NCBI GenBank assembly: GCA_951406725.2
Contig: OX597825.1
Span: 4,464,001-4,528,000, forward strand
Source: Octopus vulgaris
Taxonomy: Eukaryota
Length of the DNA stretch: 64,000 nt
Direction: 5' to 3'
Part shown: in pieces, positions 55,661 to 64,000 of the stretch
How the letters are laid out: each line of letters opens with the position of its first letter
Position numbering within the stretch: position 1 is the first letter of the stretch
Translations under genes and position numbers: made by a program
The notes under the pieces: model-generated
What the model was told of the DNA's origin: nothing
Database searches by the model: none
What the model saw: only the letters and a program-made list of their open reading frames with translations

Positions 55661-55748
<88 letters not shown>

Positions 55749-55773
55749 TTCATTATCATTATCATTATTATTT

Positions 55774-55805
<32 letters not shown>

Positions 55806-55806
55806 G

Positions 55807-55877
<71 letters not shown>

Positions 55878-55935
55878 TTCATTATCATTATCATTATTAT
55901 TATTATCATTATTATTATTATTATTATCATTATTA

Positions 55936-55979
<44 letters not shown>

Positions 55980-56031
55980 TTCATTATCATTATCATTATT
56001 ATTATTATCATTATTATTATTATTATTATTA

Positions 56032-56078
<47 letters not shown>

Positions 56079-56079
56079 T

Positions 56080-56134
<55 letters not shown>
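55654..56134. repeat. (TTA)n array with higher-order repeated variant blocks
   Basis: Block ttttcattatcattatcatta recurs at ~55747, 55876, 55977 and 56077. Confidence 0.95.
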
Positions 56135-56135
<1 letters not shown>

Positions 56136-56547
56136 CGTTTGACTTTTGCTTTACATTTCTACAAGTTGGCTCCAAGTCTCACCCACAACACTACTAACAT
56201 TCGCGGATACACCCTGCATCCATTCTGTATCGCTTACCATTTTACCTGCAGCAATATAATTGTAAAACATTGCATTGGGTGTCTTCTAAGTGGATCTCTG
56301 GATATTAATGGATCGTTTGCAAAATAGAGCATAATTAACACCGCATGCCTGTTGCTCATCACTTTACTTCACTCATCATCCATACCATTTCCCATGTTTT
56401 AGTCTGGGAGTATTTTTACACTAACACTCATATCTGTATTGCTATCATAAGAAACAAAGTCTCGCTATGAAAAGCACACACGTTGTATACACACACACTT
56501 ACTCACAAACATGCTCATATATAATTAATTTTAAATACATTAACATA

Positions 56548-56709
56548 AGCGCAGGCCTGTCTGTGTGGTAAGGAGGTTGCTTACCAACTAGATGGTTCGG
56601 GGTTCAGTCCCACTGCGTGGCACATTGGGCAAGTGTCTTTTACTATTGCCTCGGACCGACCAAAGCCTTGTGACTGGATTTGGTAGACGGAAACTGAAAG
56701 ACGTCCATC

Positions 56710-56711
<2 letters not shown>
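56548..56711 (+). mobile_element. SINE family B 5' half
   Basis: gcgcaggcctgtctgtgtggtaagg...gggttcagtcccactgcgtggcac...ggtagacggaaactgaaag, then (TA)n. Confidence 0.9.
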
Positions 56712-56750
<39 letters not shown>

Positions 56751-57785
56751 TATGGGTACATGACATCACCAACGGTAAACGACATGAATGATATGTCTGT
56801 CATTCCATCTATCTATCTATCTATCTGTATGACTGTCTGTCTGTCTGTCTGTATATATATATGTATGTATGTATGTATGTCTGTTTGCCTGTCTGTCTAT
56901 TTGTCTATCTATTTATCTATCTGTATGTATGTCTGTGTGCCTGCGTGTGTGAGAGAGAGGCTGCGTGTGAGTGTGTGTGTGCGTGCGTGCGTGCGTGTGT
57001 ATGTGTGTTTGTGATTCTTGTGATTTCTACTTTCTCTTTACAAAGTTTGCCATTTCAGTTGCTATCGTATAATTTGGGGTTGCCGTCACTTGTGTTAAAT
57101 TTTCGTTGCCCTTTACTAATCATTATTGAAATGCTGCAGTCAATATTTTGTAATGGTTTTCTTATTCTGTTGCATAAATGCCGCCTCTCCTTGATATATC
57201 ATATGCATAGCATTTTATATCAGTTAGTATATTTTAAACTTAGCGTAAACTATTATTTTAGCAGCAAAGAAGGAACACACGAAGACTGTAAACTTCATTC
57301 AAACATTTATTTGGTGTAAAAATATTCGTCCTACTATCTGCGACAATGTCACAGACATCATTCCATTGCATATTGGTCCACTTTTCGTCTTATTAGTTCA
57401 TTTGGAATCTAGTTAGGTAAATATAACATTTTATTGGTTCACATAGACAATTCTTGCCTATAATTTTATACATTTCTTCTAACGCATTTCACTCTGTTTT
57501 AAGTATAAATGTAAATCGTCTCTAACACTATATCTTGTGCTTTTCCTTAATTTGTGTGTGGAATATTCTGCCTAAAAGTCGATCTTTTAAGAATCGCCGT
57601 TCCTTTATCTACAATATTACTGTTTTTTTGTTTCTTTTTTTTTTGTTTTTTTCTCCTTCCTCTTCTTGCTGCCACCCTTCCTCTTTCCTTTCCTCTCTTT
57701 CTTCGTCTTCGTCCTCACCGTTTCCTTATTTATTACAAACTGCCATTAAGAATGCTGGCTTTGCAAATACGAATGCTGCTGCTGA

Positions 57786-57851
<66 letters not shown>

Positions 57852-58728
57852 CATCACCATGATCCTACTACTACTAAAACGTATTATTTTCCTTCATTCC
57901 CTCTTCCTCATTTTCATTAAGTTTATTTAGTTTTTTTTTGGTTTTTTTTTAGCAGTAGTTATTTCTTCAGTTTCTGTGATTTGACTTCAGTTATATATAC
58001 TTTTTTTTCCGAGTTCATATTCTTTTCTTATATGATGTCTCCTTCCTCCCATTGTATTTTTCCAATTTCCATTCATTGCTGTCCTTTTCTTCTTCTTTCA
58101 AGACCAAAAGGAATTATTATACCACATTTTACCCACTACAACCAACACCATTACCCCGCAACCACCACCACCACCACCACCACTACTACTACTATTCTTC
58201 TGGAGACGATGTCCACACCACATACTTATTTTATTTTATATTCTATTTTTTTTTATTCGGCAGTCACGTTCCAATGAAGATAATCCTCTCTCCTTGTCAC
58301 CTAAGAATAATGAAGAAATGTTAGCCTTTGATCGAATATAATGGAAAACAAAACGACTCTACAATTCTCTTTCCTTTATCAAATCAGCCAGGCACTGGCT
58401 GTTTTAGTTCTCTCTTTATTGGTGTTGCTAATCTAATCTTGTTTGGCAGTTTCTCTAGTAATGCTGATGCATATCAGCAGCTCTTGATAATTTATTAACG
58501 CTAATATTTTTACCTTTGCTCCGCAAGTAAAATGATGGTGAAGCAGAAATGGCGACGAATTCTAACAGCAACAATAGGCCACGTGATATTTTGCTTATTC
58601 GTTTTAGAAATGGCATTTGAGAGAATTTAAACTTATCAATTTGTAGTCTAGTGTGGGCAATGGAATTTTATACGTATATGTACACATACATACATTCATA
58701 CATACATATACATACGTACATAAATATA

Positions 58729-58764
<36 letters not shown>

Positions 58765-59391
58765 CATGCATACATACACATATACATACATATATACATA
58801 TAGTCGCATGTATGTATCTCGGAACTTCTACCTCTTCTAGTCGTACAGCTTTAGGCATGCTTTGAACATTACTTAGAAGGCTTTATTCGAAGTAACTGCT
58901 ACCAGTACTTAAATTTTTAAAGCTTAGTAGTGATTATATCGTTCTCCCTTACTCAAGCCAACATGGGTTCTCAAGCGACGATGAGTGACAAACGGAAGCA
59001 CAAAGCTACACTCACAAATACAAACCTACACTTACACACACACATACCCCCCCACACACAAACACACATATATATAAGAACATACATATGTGTGTATGCA
59101 TAAGTACATATAAATTTTGGTATATATGTATATATATATATATATATGATGGGGAGCATACTTCATTCCATATCGGCTCAAGGTGAAATAATCGGTTTAT
59201 TACCTAACACTACGTTGAATCCCTTGCGCACAAACAATTTGTAAGGTCGGCCATAATGGATATATAATACTGTACACTTCGGATAACATATACACATGCG
59301 AAACTTTGAGCAAGATCGGTTAAATTGACATAAACGCACTGATGAGAATACAGTATGTTTCAATAAAGGTTTGCGGTTGTTGAATTTTTAT

Positions 59392-59557
59392 AGGCGCAGG
59401 CGTGGCTATGTGGTAAGTAGATTTCTTCCAAAACACGTGGTTCCGGATTCATTCCTACACTGAGGCGCCTTGGGCAAGTGTCTTCTACTATAGACTCGGG
59501 GCTACCAAAGCTTTTTGCATGAACTTGATCGAGGGAAACTAAAAGAAGCCTGTCGTG

Positions 59558-59588
<31 letters not shown>

Positions 59589-59840
59589 CTGTGTGTCTGT
59601 GTGTGTGTGTATGTATGTATTTATGCTTGTCTCTTGTGTCTATATTTGTCCCCCAGTGTTTGTCAATCACTATTGGTATGTTTCTATCTCCGTAACTTAG
59701 TGGTTCGGGAAAGAGAGAGTTAGGGTAAGTGCTAGGCCTACAAAGAATAAGTCCTGGCGTCGATTTGTTCGACTAAACCCCTTCAAGGCGCACCTCCAAA
59801 TTTGTCGCAGTCAAATTATTGAATCTTGTAAAAGAACAAG
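59392..59840 (+). mobile_element. SINE family B, full length
   Basis: Both halves present, joined by a TA/TG microsatellite. Confidence 0.88.
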
Positions 59841-59889
<49 letters not shown>

Positions 59890-60982
59890 GAATGAGTGGC
59901 AAATCAGTTTGAATCAAATTCAATGGTACTCCTAGTTCCAAGTGTGATGCTAGTCTTCAGCTATTTTAAATTTGAATGAGAGAAGTTGATTGTTATTACC
60001 ACAAGGAGGGCTGCGTCTTGTTGAGGATGGTCAGACTTGAAAAGGCTCTTATATGGTGTATGACGTTATCTAATAAAGACTTACTAATTTGCCTATTTCG
60101 TTATTTGCGGGATTTATCAATCTAATCCATGGATTTTGCGTCAAATTGTCTTTGTGGTCTTTCGTGGTTACAAAAGCATTTCGTGGATTTAGTGGTTCTC
60201 CTCTGTGTTCTCAATCTTAAATTGCGCAGCCAACTGTTTTGCCTCACCATTCATTAAATTATAAGGGGTGCGGTTTGTTTCTTATATGTCTTGGGATTTT
60301 TACCTCATAATATTTTCTTTTTGTTGATTTATTTATTTTTATAAATATGTTTGCGGCTGTTTTTAAAATGTGAAGAAATGTTTGTAGTTTGTATTGAAAG
60401 CTCTTCGATCTATTGTTGAATTTGACATGTCAATCTCATTGTATGAGGTCATCTCCAAATCTATTAGGTTTTTATGTGGAAGATTTTGATAGGATCATCT
60501 TCGAACTAATTTAAGTCTTTTTGTGGAAGAATTTTGCAACTGTTCACCGCAGAACTTTCCCAGTTGTATATAACGCTTCTGTGTGTAAATGTAAAATCAT
60601 CCATGCTTTGTTTTACTCATAAATATGTTTGGAGATATGGGTGTGCTGTAAATAATGTTAAATTACCATAGTCCTTTTATAGCATGGCAAGTTTAGTAGA
60701 CGTATATACCTCGGAGATAATCTTCAATTTTATATACATGACACAGCTAGGTCAAGATGCAACTGAAGATTTCATTAACGTCAAAATTTACTCAATATCG
60801 GAAAATAACATTTGATTGCATCTTCAAGTAATTCAAATTATGCAGACTCTATTCCCCTAAGCAGCATTGAAAACGCAGCAACTTAGAATCGTTGTATCAT
60901 ATTTCATACGTAATACACACACATATAAATATATATACATACATATGTATGTATGTATATATACATACACTCATACACACAC

Positions 60983-61028
<46 letters not shown>

Positions 61029-61219
61029 GCATACGTACGTACACTTGTTTTCCAGCACTGTCATGGCTTAATTGTTCTCTGATATATAAGTAGCAGAGAT
61101 GTTGTTTTGTCAGTCGTGTTAAGGACATCTTCTATTTTGCAGACATGTCAAAATGATGGTTGCCTTTTTCAACAGGTGTTATGGAGATAAGCTTCCCTCG
61201 CTAACACCTTCATTACGTC

Positions 61220-61367
61220 ATGGAAGTGGGGGAATCCATGAATCCCTTGGAACTTTCCATGGAGTTTCCTACCGATTCTCCAGGAAGTGGAGGATCCCCG
61301 GAACTTTCCATGGAATTTCCGATCGGTTTTCCAGGAAGTTGGGGAATCCCCGGAACTTTCCATGAAG
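61220..61367. repeat. GC-rich ~51-bp tandem repeat (~3 units)
   Basis: Unit ggaagtggaggatccccggaactttccatggaatttccgatcggttttcca. Confidence 0.9.
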
Positions 61368-61469
61368 TATACCTGTGTCGCAAACGTTTGACAGTTAAAA
61401 ATTCCTTGTAGCTCAGTAACAATCTATTAAGCAACAACTACCTCAAAACATACTATCCACTCCAGTTAT

Positions 61470-61800
61470 GAAGACATATTCCTGGTGAGGTCGGAGTATA
61501 AAGGTTTCATCAACATATCGCTGCCATAGGGTTGGTTTTAGTGGTGTTTATCCTAAAGCCAAATTGGTTATTATCGGTGATAATGGTGAAGCCATAGCTA
61601 AATCCTCTTCTTGTCAATATATACAAGTGCCCATACTGAAGTAGTTAGTTTCTGCACAGACGGTCAATATTTCCATCAAGTTTCTTATTGGTATTCTAGT
61701 GCGTTCTTTAGATGGGTGTCTGTCACTAGTTTTTCTTGAATCCCCGATAGTGTTTCTCCAGTTAGGGGTGTAACTTGTAAGCCTATATTACGTAATGAAG
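61470..61800 (-). pseudogene. Penelope-like reverse transcriptase relic
   Basis: LMEILTVCAETNYFSMGTCIY*QEEDLAMASPLSPIITN...KPTLWQRYVDETFILRPH matches PLE RT YxQxxGxAMGSPLSP...WxRYVDD. Confidence 0.85.
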
Positions 61801-62319
61801 GTGGTTTGAATTAAATGATTCATTTCGAGTTCTCGAAATGTTTCTATGTGAAGATGTAGTCTTATACATTGTGCACTGAATTCCTAAGAATAGGTTCACA
61901 ACGTTTTCCGATAAAAATTTAACAATAAGAGACGATCATTGTCTGTGGCATGGAATTATAGGGAAAGTATGAAAGAGAGTTTTAAAGTAACAGAAAATTC
62001 GTGGGGAAAACAAGCATTATAGTTTTATACTTTTAGCGCTGAACAGAACCTGATTTTCTGAAGTCAGCTACAATACTTCAGGAGAACAAGATTTGAACTC
62101 TTCACGGATACATTGGGTACTTTATACCATAAAAGATGAAATAACCGAAAAATCAATTTGGAATCACGTAAATCATAAAATGAAATCATCAAAACTAAGA
62201 GTATTGCAAGACGTATGAAACAAGATGCTTCGTACAGAATTTTAAAATGTCCTGAGAGAAGCGTATCCCGATATATATACAAGCGTGCATACAAATACAG
62301 CACACATGTAACCAAGGAG

Positions 62320-62439
62320 AACGCAAAGGGCGAAGTAACTTGTCACTAATGAGACCGCAATCCCTTTCGACCGCTGAGTGAACGGGATCAAAGTCAAAGA
62401 AAGTGACTTGCTCAAGAACAAAACACAATGTTCCGTCCA

Positions 62440-62442
<3 letters not shown>
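62320..62442 (-). mobile_element. SINE family C-like fragment (reverse)
   Basis: gctgagtgaac...aaagtgacttgctcaagaaca...cacaatg is a reverse match to ~40545-40600. Confidence 0.65.
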
Positions 62443-62497
<55 letters not shown>

Positions 62498-62586
62498 AGT
62501 GTATGTGTGTGTTTGTGTGTATACATATAAATGCACACACATCTATATATACATACATATATATATATACATAAATATATGTATAT

Positions 62587-62623
<37 letters not shown>

Positions 62624-62795
62624 TAAATATTTGTTGTGCAAGATTTTTTATGTGAAGTCGTGTGTTGAAACAGATATTGTTATATTTCGGAATGGTCATA
62701 TTGCCAGTTTAGCCAATAAAAACACACGCACTATATATTTGGTGTTATTTTGCTTCAGTGATATTTATTTTTTACATTAATCTTAATCTTATTTC

Positions 62796-62840
62796 GGCCA
62801 AAGTTCTTTCGTCACACTCCTGTGACTGCATCAGTGGTCC
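62796..62840 (-). ncRNA. Hammerhead motif in the 3' pLTR of the right-edge PLE
   Basis: Minus strand: GGACCA CUGAUGC A GUCACA-GGAG-UGUGAC GAA AG-AA-CU U UGGCC; perfect 6-bp helix II; ~520 nt downstream of the PLE stop on the same strand. Confidence 0.7.
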
Positions 62841-63356
62841 TTTGTTTTCTTCTCACTTACTTGTGTCTCTCCTTACTAACCGTCAGCCATTTTGTATTTC
62901 TATTGTATGTCTTCATTTGCGCATGCTTATATCTCTATGTGCGTCTATGTTTATTTAGTGTGTGTGTGGGGGGGATGCCTGTAATATTTGTATCTTCTGG
63001 TTATATACATTCTTGTAATTTGTATTTTGTTTTTGTTGTTGTTGCTTTTGTTCTAATTTTGTTCATGTGTTTACATCCACCCATTATTATCATTACATAT
63101 GCTTGTATGTATGTATAACAACAATATTAGTAATAATAATAATAAATCTAATCGAGAAAAAAAAAAAAAAGAATATACATATACATATATATATATATAC
63201 ATACATATACATATACATATATATATATATACATATATACACACATATATACACTATATACATATACATATATATACACATATACATATATATAGATATT
63301 CATTTCTATTTCTTTAATTACCTGTGTATTTATTATGTTTGCAGGATCCACTATTG

Positions 63357-63998
63357 TCATATGTTGTGGTGTGCGCTATTGCTCCATTCTAGTTTTCTAT
63401 TCAGGCTAGGTTTATTTTCTATTATATGTGTAGCTTCTGTAATTTGTCTAATTGTTGCATCTGTTCTATGTGTGGACAATATCTTAATCTCTATGTTATT
63501 GATTGATCCCCCGTGTTCTTGTTCAGCGTGTTGGTACAGAATCGATGAGCTTTTACCTTCCTTGAGTTGTCTCCAATGTTCATTCACCCGCTCACCAATG
63601 CTTCTTGCAGTTTCCCCTACGTATGTTACTGTCTTGTTACTGCATCGTCCCTCTATACATCTTATACTATAGACCACATTTCTGGCTTTACAGTTCGTTT
63701 GTGGGCTAAATCTACATACAGTGCAATAGTTTTCCGTACAGAGAGTTCTACTAAAAGGATAGGTTCTACCAATTATAGATCTGATAGGGTTGCCTGGCTT
63801 TTCAACAACCTTAATTCTTAGTTTAAGTTTATCTAGGGTCCTTCTAAAGCGGTACGCTAGTTCACCTCCAGGGGTGGTGTCAACGAACATGACACTCTGG
63901 TATTTATGGCTATCATACCAAGAGTTGGCCTTCCTTATTTTCTTTTTTGTCCTTTCTATAGTGTTCCATGACTTGTTCCTATAGAGTGGGCAAATCCC
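63357..63998 (-). CDS. Penelope-like retroelement ORF C-terminus (Cys-rich linker and GIY-YIG endonuclease), open to window edge
   Basis: GICPLYRNKSW...WY...VMFVDTTPGGEL...C....C..C......CKARNVVYSIRC....C....TYVGETARSIGERVNEH...H...H...RQITEATHI...KPSLN; no stops over 213 codons. Confidence 0.92.
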   Translation of the reverse strand, partial: GICPLYRNKSWNTIERTKKKIRKANSWYDSHKYQSVMFVDTTPGGELAYRFRRTLDKLKLRIKVVEKPGNPIRSIIGRTYPFSRTLCTENYCTVCRFSPQTNCKARNVVYSIRCIEGRCSNKTVTYVGETARSIGERVNEHWRQLKEGKSSSILYQHAEQEHGGSINNIEIKILSTHRTDATIRQITEATHIIENKPSLNRKLEWSNSAHHNI

Positions 63999-64000
63999 AT

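Overview
Very AT-rich, microsatellite-saturated eukaryotic DNA with no recognisable host protein-coding exon, rRNA or true tRNA gene. It is most likely intergenic or deep intronic sequence, and the repeat landscape resembles a coleoid cephalopod such as Octopus (inference). Most ORF-track entries are translated (TA)n/(TG)n/(TTA)n repeats. The real content is mobile DNA: three tRNA-derived SINE families; Penelope-like element (PLE) relics (an open GIY-YIG ORF at the right edge, an RT relic, a Neptune-like relic); R4/Dong-like RLE LINE 3' ends inside (TAA)n; a CR1-group LINE tail; a mariner relic; and MITE-like palindromes. The most notable signal is about a dozen minimal type I hammerhead-ribozyme (HHR) motifs with palindromic helix III, several in short modules bounded by (TA)n. 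They carry unusual cores: U3-A8 compensatory swap twice, A6U in two copies of one family, A9C, and one with a ~96-nt insert in helix II. All calls were made by eye and boundaries are approximate.
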